Counted from the stretch's first letter, positions 19,511-28,484 are shown. The stretch: 64,000 bases of DNA from an uncultured virus (IMG/VR IMGVR_UViG_3300037418_002777) (IMGVR_UViG_3300037418_002777), one strand, 5' to 3'. The notes: generated by a model not told the origin, from the sequence alone. Numbers and translations: made by a program.

Positions 19511-20368
19511 ATGGCACTCGGCCTGTCCCCACTCGGCACCGCGCCGGTCGGCCTGGGCCGAGTCACGTCCGGCTCGGCGCCGGCCGACACTTCGCTGGCC
19601 GGGATCGCCAGCTGCAGCGCCACGGCGACCGGCGCGCTAAGCACCAGCATCAACCTGGACGGCAGCGCTGCCAGCATCACTGCTGCCAGCGGCGCGCTGA
19701 CCACGACTGTCACGTTGGCCGGCCAGGCCAATTGCGCCAGCAGCGTCAGTGGGGCGCTGTCGACCGGTGTCGGCCTGGCTGGCGCCGCAACTTGCGCGGG
19801 CAGCGCCAGCGGCGACCTGTCCGCCAACATTACGCTGGAAGGCCTGGCCAGCTGCAGCGCTGGTGCCAGTGGCGCACTGTCGATCAACATCATCCTGGCG
19901 GGCCTGGCCAGCTGCAGCGCCAGCGCCAGCGGCAGCCTGCCAGCCGACGCGAGCCTCGTGGGGGACGTGCTGGCGTGCAGCGCCTCGCTAAGCGGCGCAC
20001 TGGCGACGTCCATCACCCTGGCCGGCATCGCAACCTGCGCCAGCGGTGCCAGCGGTGCGCTGTCAGCCGACATCATCCTGGGCGGTACCGCCGCCAGCGC
20101 GTCGGGCCTTTCCGGCGAGCTGTCCGCCAGCATCCGCCTGCAGGGCGTAGCGGCCAGCGCGGTGCTGGCCGGCGGCGACTTGTCGACCAGCCTTGCGCTA
20201 GCGGGGCTTGCTGCCTGCGCGGCCAGCGCCACCGGCATGCTATCCGGAGGCGTGCTACGCCCGACCCTGCATCCGAGCGGACATCTGCCGTTGCAGAACC
20301 GGCCGCGGGTCGGCATCGGGCCGGGGGCGGTCGGTTCGCCGCGGGTCGGCATCAAGGTGCGGGCCTAG
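19511..20368 (+). CDS. Ala/Ser/Gly-rich 20-aa repeat protein, probably structural
   Basis: About 11 repeats of LxGxAxCxAxASGxLS. Confidence 0.7.
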   Translation: MALGLSPLGTAPVGLGRVTSGSAPADTSLAGIASCSATATGALSTSINLDGSAASITAASGALTTTVTLAGQANCASSVSGALSTGVGLAGAATCAGSASGDLSANITLEGLASCSAGASGALSINIILAGLASCSASASGSLPADASLVGDVLACSASLSGALATSITLAGIATCASGASGALSADIILGGTAASASGLSGELSASIRLQGVAASAVLAGGDLSTSLALAGLAACAASATGMLSGGVLRPTLHPSGHLPLQNRPRVGIGPGAVGSPRVGIKVRA

Positions 20369-20997
20369 AGCCCGAACTGGAACTGGCGGAACAGGCCCGG
20401 GTCCAGCCTGAACTCCTGCACCTCGGGGCGCGCCTCGGCCTCGTAGCTATAGCCCTCCAGCAGGCCTTCGACGGAGGCGATCAGCGCCTGCAGCTGCCCG
20501 ACCTTCCTGACCTCGTCACGCAGCCGCGCGATCGCGCCGCGCAGCGCCTCAGCCAGCAGGCCTTCGCCGCTCGCATGCTTCAGGCGCCTGAGCGCTTCCT
20601 CGCGCTGGGCGATGCGCCGTTCCAGCTTGCGCTGGGCGGCCGCGTTCTGGCGCTTGTGCTCGGCCAGCTGGTCGCGCACCGCCGTGATCGGGTCGTTGTG
20701 GCGCACGTCGTTGTCCTCGCCACGGTCGAGCGACTCGATCACCTCGTCGATCAGCTGGGCAAGCGTCTGGCGCGCCTGCGCCTTGATATCCTGCAGCGGT
20801 GCCGTGCTGCCGGTGCGGTCGTACTGCTCGCGCCGCGCCGGGTCGGACAGCACCGCGTAGGCGTCGTTGATGGCGGCCGCGCGGGCCTTGTCGCCGCCGC
20901 GGTCCGGATGGTGCCTCATCGCCTCGCGGCGGTAGGCCTTCTTGATGGTGTCGGCGTCGGCGTCAGGCATGACGCCGAGGATGTCGTAGAGGTTCAC
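20365..20997 (-). CDS. DnaJ (J-domain) protein with coiled-coil C-terminus
   Basis: NLYDILGV...IKKAYRREAMRHHPDRGG...AYAVLSDPARREQYD; GTG start. Confidence 0.9.
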   Translation of the reverse strand: MNLYDILGVMPDADADTIKKAYRREAMRHHPDRGGDKARAAAINDAYAVLSDPARREQYDRTGSTAPLQDIKAQARQTLAQLIDEVIESLDRGEDNDVRHNDPITAVRDQLAEHKRQNAAAQRKLERRIAQREEALRRLKHASGEGLLAEALRGAIARLRDEVRKVGQLQALIASVEGLLEGYSYEAEARPEVQEFRLDPGLFRQFQFGL

Positions 20998-21161
20998 GCT
21001 TCGGCCTCCTCGATCGCGTCGTGGATCGCCTCGAGCATCTCCAGCAATGGCTGGATCACGCACAGCGCCTGAAACACGGCGGCGGGGTCGTTCGGGTTGC
21101 CGCCACGGCGCTTCACCAGCAGCTCGGCGGCGCGGTGCTTGACCTGTTCGGTGATTTTCAT
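20994..21161 (-). CDS. hypothetical protein
   Basis: MKITEQVKH...; coupled to DnaJ gene. Confidence 0.55.
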   Translation of the reverse strand: MKITEQVKHRAAELLVKRRGGNPNDPAAVFQALCVIQPLLEMLEAIHDAIEEAEA

Positions 21162-21297
21162 ATTTTCTCTTGGGCGCACGAGGCGCAGATGCGCTTGGTC
21201 TTGGGCCAAGTCGTGGTTTGATTGGTGTCGAAATACTGCGAGCCGGCCTTCACCCGCCCAAGGCACAGGGCCTGCTGGCAGGTGAAGGTGCGGCGCG

Positions 21298-21882
21298 CTA
21301 CGCGCCAGCCTCCGCCGTGGTGGCGGGCATACCACTGCGCCCGGGTTTCGGGCTGTCCAGGTACTCGCGCCACGGCACTTTCTTGCCGTCGACGAGAAAG
21401 CCCCAGGTGCCCTGGTACCGGTAGGTCACGAACAGCGTCCATACGCCTCCTTCGGAAACTTCAACGATGCGGTGGTACGTGCCGAAATTGAGCGCCGCGG
21501 TGTCACCCGGCTGGCGCTTGAGCAGCTTCAGGCTGCCGTCGGCCATCAGGCGCTCCTCGATGTACCAGCCCTTCAGGACCACGGTGCGCGCGGCCCACGG
21601 ATGGTCGTGCAGGTGATCGTCCAGGTCTTTGCGCAGGATGTGGTGGATCCGCGCGCTGGGCAGCTCGCGCTCGCCCTTCGGGGCGGAAAAGTCGTACGGG
21701 TTGAGCAGCCAGAAGCGCTCCATGTAGCCGGGGAGGTGGGTGTATGGCGTCTTGAAGGAGCGCTCGATCAGCCCGTCGGCGACCTCGGGCAGGGCCAGGA
21801 ACTGGGCGGTGGTTGCCCAGCCCTCGGCATCGAGCGCGGCGATGCGCTCGCACAGGTCGGTCTCGAAGGCGGTCGGCTTCAT
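21298..21882 (-). CDS. cupin-like phage protein
   Basis: RIHHILRKDLDDHLHDHPW...GWYIEE...YHRI...VWTLF. Confidence 0.7.
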   Translation of the reverse strand: MKPTAFETDLCERIAALDAEGWATTAQFLALPEVADGLIERSFKTPYTHLPGYMERFWLLNPYDFSAPKGERELPSARIHHILRKDLDDHLHDHPWAARTVVLKGWYIEERLMADGSLKLLKRQPGDTAALNFGTYHRIVEVSEGGVWTLFVTYRYQGTWGFLVDGKKVPWREYLDSPKPGRSGMPATTAEAGA

Positions 21883-22097
21883 TCGTCCTCCTCGACGCGC
21901 TCGACCATCTGCTTGACCACGGCGTCGAGCATCCGCTTGGCCACTTCCACCTGCTGCAGCGCAGCCAGCACTTCCGGGTAGTCGCGCTGCAGGATGTGCC
22001 GCACCTCGTTGAAGATGGTGCAGCGGCACATGTCTCCCCTCTCCTCGTGAAAATACTGCAGGGAGCGGGCGTCTTCGGGCGTCAACTTGTCGGTCAT
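21879..22097 (-). CDS. hypothetical protein
   Basis: ATGA-coupled ORF, GGAGG RBS. Confidence 0.6.
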   Translation of the reverse strand: MTDKLTPEDARSLQYFHEERGDMCRCTIFNEVRHILQRDYPEVLAALQQVEVAKRMLDAVVKQMVERVEEDE

Positions 22098-22303
22098 ACG
22101 GCCTCCGTCTTCCGGCTTTCGATGATGAACCGAACAAGGCTTCCCTCAAGTTCGGCAGCCCTGTCGTCCTTGGCTGCTGGGACGTTCAGCCATCGGGACT
22201 TCTTGTAGATTTCGCTGAACACGTGCTCAAGGAGTAGCGCCTCCTGTTCCGTCAGCTCTCCCCGGCTGTTCAGGTAATGCCGGCCCTCTGCGGATAGCGT
22301 CAT
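22094..22303 (-). CDS. hypothetical protein
   Basis: ATGA-coupled ORF, GGAGG RBS. Confidence 0.6.
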   Translation of the reverse strand: MTLSAEGRHYLNSRGELTEQEALLLEHVFSEIYKKSRWLNVPAAKDDRAAELEGSLVRFIIESRKTEAV

Positions 22304-22488
22304 ACGGCCTCCACCGTCACGGTGATGCGCACCTTGCGCCGACCCTTGCCGGTGAGCGGGGTTAGACCTGGCTGGAAACGCAGGCCGTCGAAGCAGTATT
22401 CCGCCGCATCGCTCAGTAAGGCGGTGATGCTTTGGCTCGGTTGGCCGTCATCGCGGGGCTGAATGTACATGATCTTGCTCTTCTTCAT
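22300..22488 (-). CDS. hypothetical protein
   Basis: ATGA-coupled ORF. Confidence 0.6.
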   Translation of the reverse strand: MKKSKIMYIQPRDDGQPSQSITALLSDAAEYCFDGLRFQPGLTPLTGKGRRKVRITVTVEAV

Positions 22489-22844
22489 GCCTGACCCTCC
22501 CCGGCACCTGCAATCGCGTCGTCGTCCTCTTCGATATGGGCGACCACCCAGTCCCAGTAGCCGCGCAGCGTGTCGCCGTTATTGACCGCGAACTTCCAGC
22601 CGAAGAGCGTGTGTTCCGGGTGGCCTTCCGCGCCGTACTTGTCGCGCAGCCAGTCGGCGCTCTTGCCGAAATCTTCAAAGTCGTACGAAATGTCTTGTCG
22701 TGCCATGTTCTCTCCTTCAGGTTGATCTTCCGGCCCGAGGCCGGAGTAGGGGCAGTTCAGCGGCCCCGGGCAGGGGCCGACGGTGGCGCCGTCGCACTGG
22801 CAGTGGGCCGGGCGCCGACGGCGCGGACGATATTCGTCGTCCAT
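22485..22844 (-). CDS. hypothetical protein (Cys-rich N-terminus; possible internal start at 22706)
   Basis: AAGGAG RBS at both the start and the internal MARQDISY. Confidence 0.6.
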   Translation of the reverse strand: MDDEYRPRRRRPAHCQCDGATVGPCPGPLNCPYSGLGPEDQPEGENMARQDISYDFEDFGKSADWLRDKYGAEGHPEHTLFGWKFAVNNGDTLRGYWDWVVAHIEEDDDAIAGAGEGQA

Positions 22845-22854
22845 GGCGTTCTCC

Positions 22855-23973
22855 TTACTCGGTGGCGGTGGCCGGTGCCGGATCGAGCTTGCTCACTGCG
22901 CGCTTGATCTCCGGCGACTCCAGGATCTGGTTCAGCCAGCCCTCGATGTCGAAGGTTTGGATCAGTTCCTGGTAGGCGGCGACCGTCATCGCGGTGGTCA
23001 GCTTGGCCAAGGTCGGGTCGCTCGGGCGCAGCTGGGTGGCGGCCAGCTGGGCGACGTTGGCCAGCACCAGCTTGCCGACCGGCGTGTCGGCGTAGCCGCG
23101 CACCATCAGCGGCAGCGTCTTGGCCGAGACGCGCACCAGCTGGTTGTTGGCGATGCGGCCGGCCTCGAGGAAGCCTGCCTGGGCGGCGGCCGATTTGTTG
23201 GAGTCGATCAGGTTGGTGGCGATGTTTTTCATGGTGGCTTCCTTGGTGGTGTAGTTGGAGAGGTTAAAGTTGATGGTGCCAGAGATGATGCGGTCGCTGG
23301 TGATGCCGCAGGTGGCCAACATGCTGCCGTCGATGCGCAGGTAGTTGCTACTCTCGGACAGGTCGAACTTGCCGTCGCTGCGCTTGACGGCGACAAGGTT
23401 GCCGCGTTCAGCCGCCTCGACGGCCGCTTCGCTGATCTCGCTCTTGCGGAACCAAGCCAAGTCTTTCGTGCGCGCCGGGTCAGTCAGCGTGATCGACACC
23501 CGGTTGAACGAAGTCACCAGCGGGAACGCGGTTCCCGCGGCATAGGTGTCGATCTCGTAAAAGCTGTCCGGGTTCTGCATCGGCCGGCCGGTGATGGTGA
23601 TCGTGTCCAGCGGCTTCGGTGCGGTGCCTGGTGCCGACTCCACCACAGGCAGGCCGCGGTCCACGAACACGGACAGCCGCAGGTCGTGGGCTGCCAGATT
23701 GTGGCGCAGAATCCGCGCGACCAGCTTCTGGCCGTTGCGCAGTCGCCGCGCGATATCGCCGTTCTGGGCGCGCGGCACCCAGCCGATCTGCACGCCGCCG
23801 AAGCGCACCTCGACGGCGTCGCGGTCGACCAGGTTGTTGGGCTGGGCGCGCAACTCGACCTCGGTGCCGACGGTGAGTTTGCTCCTGCGGCTGGCGTAGT
23901 AGAAGCGGTCCAGACCGTTGACGTCGACGTCCTGAATGTGGGTTTGCCCGGTGACCGGGCGTGACAAAGCCAT
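22855..23973 (-). CDS. HIRAN-domain protein fused to a helical C-terminal domain
   Basis: LRAQPNNLVDRDAVEV...IGWVPR (HIRAN signature); AAGGAG RBS. Confidence 0.75.
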   Translation of the reverse strand: MALSRPVTGQTHIQDVDVNGLDRFYYASRRSKLTVGTEVELRAQPNNLVDRDAVEVRFGGVQIGWVPRAQNGDIARRLRNGQKLVARILRHNLAAHDLRLSVFVDRGLPVVESAPGTAPKPLDTITITGRPMQNPDSFYEIDTYAAGTAFPLVTSFNRVSITLTDPARTKDLAWFRKSEISEAAVEAAERGNLVAVKRSDGKFDLSESSNYLRIDGSMLATCGITSDRIISGTINFNLSNYTTKEATMKNIATNLIDSNKSAAAQAGFLEAGRIANNQLVRVSAKTLPLMVRGYADTPVGKLVLANVAQLAATQLRPSDPTLAKLTTAMTVAAYQELIQTFDIEGWLNQILESPEIKRAVSKLDPAPATATE

Positions 23974-23995
23974 AGGTGGTTCTCCTTATTGTGGG

Positions 23996-24799
23996 TTAGG
24001 CAGCGATGCCGGTGATCTCTTCGAGCGTGCGGCGGCCGTGCTGCTTGGACGGCATGATCATCACCTGGCCGGTCGACTTCTCCAGCGCGGTGTAGTTCTT
24101 GTAGACGTTCGGATCGTTGACCAGCCAGGGCTTGGTCTGCACCAGCCGCGCCGCAGTGGTCAGGCTCTCCTTGTCGGCGTAGATGCAGAACACGCACGAG
24201 AAGCGCTTCATACCTTCGTCGTAGACGACGTGCGGCTGCTGACCGGCGGCCTTGATCGCGGCGTACACCTCGGCCTCGGTCCAATCGTGGACCGGCAGCC
24301 ATTCGTACCATTCGCGCCCAGCCTTGCTGTTACCCTTGTCGAACGCGAACGGCGGCATCTTCTTGCGCGTGACCGACTCCTCGGCGCGCAGCCCGACGCA
24401 GTTCACGACCAGATGCCAAGGCGGGTGGCCGGCGGCCTTGCGGGCGTAGGTCAGGTGGCGGATCACCTTCTCGATCGGCCCGCGCTTCAAGTCCGACGTG
24501 CACTGGCGCTGCTGCGGCGACGGGAACATGCCGCGCTCCTCGACCATCTGCAGCAGGTCGCGCCGCGCGCGGCAGACATGCACCGGCTCGCCGGCCGTGG
24601 TCGCCCTGATGTGGTCCAGGGCGCCAGCCCACTCGACGCGCCCGAGGTCGGCGTGCACGATCACCAGCTGCTCCTTCGGCACGATCTCGCGTAGCTTCAG
24701 GTACATCGCCTGGCTGTCCTTGCCGCCGCTGTGGTTGACCACGAACAGGGCACCACGCGCGACCAAGTCGCCGATGGGCTTGGGGTAGCTGACGATCAT
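23996..24799 (-). CDS. PAPS reductase family (PP-loop) protein
   Basis: VNHSGGKDS, RQCTSDLKRGP, GLRAEES, RFSCVFC. Confidence 0.85.
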   Translation of the reverse strand: MIVSYPKPIGDLVARGALFVVNHSGGKDSQAMYLKLREIVPKEQLVIVHADLGRVEWAGALDHIRATTAGEPVHVCRARRDLLQMVEERGMFPSPQQRQCTSDLKRGPIEKVIRHLTYARKAAGHPPWHLVVNCVGLRAEESVTRKKMPPFAFDKGNSKAGREWYEWLPVHDWTEAEVYAAIKAAGQQPHVVYDEGMKRFSCVFCIYADKESLTTAARLVQTKPWLVNDPNVYKNYTALEKSTGQVMIMPSKQHGRRTLEEITGIAA

Positions 24800-25032
24800 G
24801 GCTGCCTCCCGCACATCTCGGCGTAAGCGGCCGTAAGGTCGGCAGCCGGCAGCGGGCTGGCGACAACGCTCGCCAGCTCCCAGCCGGGATACTGCTCCAG
24901 CAGGGAACTGGCCGCACTGCCAATCGCCTCCACTTCCGTCTCGACCAGGCGCCAGCAGGTGCACGGCTTGAAGGTCATACTGCCAAGCCGGTGTTGCGTC
25001 AGCCCCGCAGTGATAACGTACAGCTGCTTCAC
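24796..25032 (-). CDS. hypothetical protein
   Basis: Coupled ORF, GTG start. Confidence 0.5.
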   Translation of the reverse strand: MKQLYVITAGLTQHRLGSMTFKPCTCWRLVETEVEAIGSAASSLLEQYPGWELASVVASPLPAADLTAAYAEMCGRQP

Positions 25033-25493
25033 GACACCTGCTCCATGCGCGACCCGAAGTCGGGAACCGTGCGGTAGTACAGGATGCCAGTCTGCGCGTC
25101 GCGGTAAATCATCAGGTGCTCGCCGGATTTGCTGGTGCCTGCGCCCTGCGCTTCTCCCAGCAGCTCGTATCGGCCGCCCTTGTCGATGCAGGAGTAAACG
25201 GCCGGCAGCGGCTCACCAAAACCCAGCTCGTTCAGCTGCTCCTTGATAACGGCGCTTACTGCGCGTCGGCCGGGACCGTAGCTAAAGAAGCTCGAAATCT
25301 CGGACTGGACGACACCCTTCAGCGCGGTGTTGGCCGTCTCGGTGACGACCCTCTGCAGGTTTTCGGGCGTGCAAAAAGCGTCGACTGCGGCTTGAATTTG
25401 TTCGTTCAGAATCTGGCCATGCTCGCCTAGCATCTGGTGCAGCGCGTAACGCATCTGCTCAATCTCGATGCGCACGATAGGGACTGTGTTCAT
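25029..25493 (-). CDS. hypothetical protein with small beta-domain C-terminus (KGGRYELLG...IYRD)
   Basis: 154 aa, AAAGGA RBS. Confidence 0.6.
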   Translation of the reverse strand: MNTVPIVRIEIEQMRYALHQMLGEHGQILNEQIQAAVDAFCTPENLQRVVTETANTALKGVVQSEISSFFSYGPGRRAVSAVIKEQLNELGFGEPLPAVYSCIDKGGRYELLGEAQGAGTSKSGEHLMIYRDAQTGILYYRTVPDFGSRMEQVS

Positions 25494-25544
25494 GATCTTT
25501 CCTTTGTGGTGGGCAACTACTTTACGACAAAGCCGAAAAGTTTG

Positions 25545-25751
25545 CTACTTCTCGGTGTGGGTGACGAACTTGATCTTCGGCTTGCCGACAACGGTCAGAC
25601 CGTGGCCAAGCTTGCAGGCCAGCTGCTGAATCGCCTCGCGCTGCGCCACCTCGTGCAGGTCGACGAAGTTGGAATTGCCGCCCCAGGTGCCGACGTAGAT
25701 GTCGAGCGTGACTTCGGCGCGCACGACGGTGGAGATTTTGGGCTTGGTCAT
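25545..25751 (-). CDS. hypothetical protein
   Basis: Coupled ORF. Confidence 0.55.
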   Translation of the reverse strand: MTKPKISTVVRAEVTLDIYVGTWGGNSNFVDLHEVAQREAIQQLACKLGHGLTVVGKPKIKFVTHTEK

Positions 25752-26035
25752 TCAGGTTCCTTGGGCAGAGTGGCGAGAAACTTCGCCGGGTCGACGAACA
25801 CGAGCAGCGGCACCAGCTTGGGGTTGTCGGCCGCCGTCGGCATGAACACGTCGCGCAGGTCGGCGTTCGGCCGGTCGGTCAGGTCGGCAAGGTGTAGCTC
25901 GAGCGGCACCTTGACCGTACCTTTGCGCGTCGTGATCACCTTGCCGTTGGTGAAGCGCTGCAGGCCGAACCAGTAGACGCCGCGGTCGTCGCTCGGCACC
26001 AGCTTGAGCACCTGCTCGAATTGTTCGCGGCTCAT
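25748..26035 (-). CDS. hypothetical protein
   Basis: MSREQFEQ...; GGAGG RBS. Confidence 0.6.
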   Translation of the reverse strand: MSREQFEQVLKLVPSDDRGVYWFGLQRFTNGKVITTRKGTVKVPLELHLADLTDRPNADLRDVFMPTAADNPKLVPLLVFVDPAKFLATLPKEPE

Positions 26036-26301
26036 ACGCCCTCCACGAACACGTGCCAGACGAAAGACCCTTGCTTGACGCTGCCGACGAAGTGCCAGCG
26101 CTCTAGGCCATCGGCCGGGTTGCCGGTGCCGATGATGCGCACCATCACCGGCAGCATGCCCAGATCCGGCTCGACCAGCGCCCAGACGCACAGCTGGCCC
26201 ACGGGATCAAGGCCGGCCGACAGTGCGGTAGCACCTCGCGGCATGTCGACTGTCTGAAAGTCGGTCAGATCTAGCGGGAATTTCCAGATCGTTTTGCTCA
26301 T
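26032..26301 (-). CDS. conserved-looking phage hypothetical protein
   Basis: MSKTIWKFPL...LCVWALV...GTG...FVWHVF; AAGGAG RBS. Confidence 0.65.
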   Translation of the reverse strand: MSKTIWKFPLDLTDFQTVDMPRGATALSAGLDPVGQLCVWALVEPDLGMLPVMVRIIGTGNPADGLERWHFVGSVKQGSFVWHVFVEGV

Positions 26302-26474
26302 TTGCTCTCCTTGTCGATTTGTGCCCTGAGCGCGTTCAGTTCCTGCTCCAGCTTGACGATGGTCTGTTCGGCCCGCACCAGCACGCCCTTGTGCATGGAG
26401 TAGGCCGGGCTGGCCTGCATCTCGGCCAGCTGGCCGCGCAGGAACGCGTAGTCGGACCTGTGCGGTTCGGTCAT
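26298..26474 (-). CDS. hypothetical protein (58 aa)
   Basis: Manual translation MTEPHRSDY...; coupled on both sides. Confidence 0.5.
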   Translation of the reverse strand: MTEPHRSDYAFLRGQLAEMQASPAYSMHKGVLVRAEQTIVKLEQELNALRAQIDKESK

Positions 26475-26782
26475 TTGCCTTCCTCCGGCGCCGCGCCATA
26501 GCGCGCCAGCTTGACCGCGGTGCAGGTGTCGGCCACCTCGAGGTACTGGTCCCAGGCGGCCTTCGCCTCGGTGCAGTCGAGGTCCTCGACCACCTCGACG
26601 TCGGCGGTCAGGGCGAACACCTTGCCCTTGAGCTCGGGCGGGGTGCTATGGTAGCGCGGATGGAAGGCGACCACGCCGGCTGGGTGGTGCGCCACGGCCC
26701 CGAACTTCGCCAGCTTGCCGCGCACGCCGTCGACGACGAGCACGTGGTCCATGTCGGACAGGAGGATGTGTTGGATTTTCAT
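26471..26782 (-). CDS. hypothetical protein
   Basis: MKIQHILL...; AAGGA RBS. Confidence 0.6.
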   Translation of the reverse strand: MKIQHILLSDMDHVLVVDGVRGKLAKFGAVAHHPAGVVAFHPRYHSTPPELKGKVFALTADVEVVEDLDCTEAKAAWDQYLEVADTCTAVKLARYGAAPEEGK

Positions 26783-26792
26783 GTGGTTCCTT

Positions 26793-27095
26793 TTATCGGA
26801 GGAAGTTGAGCGGCTGATCGGCAAGCCATTGCAGCCAGAGGAAAGCGATGACGACTTCGAGCGCCAGCAGCGCGCGCCAGTGCGGGTACCAGCGGCACAG
26901 GGCCAGCTCGAGCCAGGTGGCGGCGCTGAACAGGGCGCCAGCGAACAGCACCAGACCCCAGGCGTTGGTGGCGGCCAGCAGCCAGATCATGGCGGCGGTC
27001 AGCCACAGCAGGGCGGCGCAGGCGCTGCCGGCGGTGAGCACGATGCCCAGTTCGAGCAGCCAGAACAGCGCGCGGTCGGGGAGGGGGCTGGTCAC
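26793..27095 (-). CDS. membrane protein (about 3 TM segments)
   Basis: Highly hydrophobic 100 aa ORF. Confidence 0.6.
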   Translation of the reverse strand: MTSPLPDRALFWLLELGIVLTAGSACAALLWLTAAMIWLLAATNAWGLVLFAGALFSAATWLELALCRWYPHWRALLALEVVIAFLWLQWLADQPLNFLR

Positions 27096-27313
27096 GGCTT
27101 CACCTCGTCGTCAAAGCCAGGCCAGCCGCCATCATCGTCGCCCCAGTTCTCGGCGTACAGCTGGCGCAGCGCGGCCGCGGTGCCTTCGAACGTGACGCTC
27201 CAGGGCGCGTCGCGGTCGTCAACCACCTTGCAGCCAAGCCGTTCCAGCTCCTTGAGGAAGTCCTCGTCCATGCAGTGCGCGGGTGCCGAGAAGCGGTGTA
27301 GTGGTTCGGTCAT
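27092..27313 (-). CDS. hypothetical protein
   Basis: MTEPLHRF...; AGGAGG RBS. Confidence 0.55.
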   Translation of the reverse strand: MTEPLHRFSAPAHCMDEDFLKELERLGCKVVDDRDAPWSVTFEGTAAALRQLYAENWGDDDGGWPGFDDEVKP

Positions 27314-27900
27314 TCCGCCTCCTGCCCGGTCAGGTCCTTGTAGATCTGCTGGATCACCCAGTCCATGCTGATCGCCTGGCCAGTGGTGCAGCGCCCCCAA
27401 ATCGTAAGCCCGCAGATATCTCTGCCCACTACCTCACCTTTCTCCTCCAGCCGAGAAGCAAGCCAACCGCTTATCAGCCAATGCTCGTACACCTCGATGA
27501 TCTCGGGGTCGATGTTGTGCTCGCGGGCGAAGTCCTCGAACTCGTCCTCCTGCTCCAGGTGCTCGAACAGCGCGACGCGCAGCTCCTTGTCGGTGCTGTC
27601 CTCCCAGGCCCGGTGGCGCGAATTGGGGTCGGCGCGCACGTCCACGCCCGGGTCATCGACGCCGGCCGCCTCGAGCGCCTCGAGCAGGTCGCTGCGGTTC
27701 ATGTTGTGGTCGATGTACCAGTCGACCGGCGTCTCCCAGTCGTCGCGCTGGCACAGGTTCAGCAGCTCGTCGTAGTCGGTGCCGGTTTCCTTCTGCACGC
27801 TGTACGGCACGTTTGCGTACAGCTTGCACAGGTCCGACACGAGGGCGCTGACACAGTAATACACCTCGCGCTGGACGAGGTCTTGAATGGTGATGGTCAT
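27310..27900 (-). CDS. acidic phage early protein
   Basis: LVQREVYYCVS...EVYEHWLISGWLA...IWGRCTTGQAI; AAGGAG RBS. Confidence 0.7.
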   Translation of the reverse strand: MTITIQDLVQREVYYCVSALVSDLCKLYANVPYSVQKETGTDYDELLNLCQRDDWETPVDWYIDHNMNRSDLLEALEAAGVDDPGVDVRADPNSRHRAWEDSTDKELRVALFEHLEQEDEFEDFAREHNIDPEIIEVYEHWLISGWLASRLEEKGEVVGRDICGLTIWGRCTTGQAISMDWVIQQIYKDLTGQEAE

Positions 27901-27912
27901 GGTGGTTCTCCT

Positions 27913-28242
27913 TTAACGGTACCAGTAGGTCGATTTGCCGAAGTCGACCATCATGTAGTCCTGCTGCAGCGCCTCGGCGAACTCCCGGGCGTAGGTCTCG
28001 AAGTAGTCGTCGCGGATCAACGTGACCGGGTACCAGCCCCCGCGCCACTGATAATCGCCGACGCTGCCCCGCAGCTCATCAAGCAGGTCTTCAAGGCGCT
28101 CCAGTTCTTCCACGTTGTCGGCATTTGCCTGCCAGTCGTCCATCTTCTCTGCGTAGGCGGCGATCAACTTACGCAGCTCCTCGACGCGCTTGATGACGTC
28201 ACGCACGTCGATGATGTCGGCGGTGTCACTAATTTCGGTCAT
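27913..28242 (-). CDS. acidic protein, possibly antirestriction (ArdA-like) family
   Basis: DIIDVRD...TLIRDDYFETYAREFAE...DY...YWYR; family recalled, not searched. Confidence 0.5.
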   Translation of the reverse strand: MTEISDTADIIDVRDVIKRVEELRKLIAAYAEKMDDWQANADNVEELERLEDLLDELRGSVGDYQWRGGWYPVTLIRDDYFETYAREFAEALQQDYMMVDFGKSTYWYR

Positions 28243-28301
28243 GGCTTCCTTCCTTTCAAAATTTTGGTCGCCCACTTGCGGCAAAATGCAATACGGCAGG
28301 A

Positions 28302-28484
28302 TCATTCGTCCTCCAGTTGTCCAAGGCGCTCCAGTAGCTCGGTGATGGTCATTTCGTTGATACGCCGGTCCACGTAGGTGGACCGGGCCTCCTCGGACAT
28401 CGTGTCCCAGACGGTCGGGTGGCGCACGCCGGTCTCGTGGTACAGCTGTAGGCGCAGCCTGTGGTGCAGTTCCTTGATCTTCAT
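28302..28484 (-). CDS. hypothetical protein
   Basis: Coupled ORF. Confidence 0.55.
   Translation of the reverse strand: MKIKELHHRLRLQLYHETGVRHPTVWDTMSEEARSTYVDRRINEMTITELLERLGQLEDE

Noticed and set aside
21158..21442. Small Cys-containing ORF between the cupin gene and 21161
   Set aside because: It may be real, but no convincing start or RBS was found and it overlaps the upstream gene substantially.
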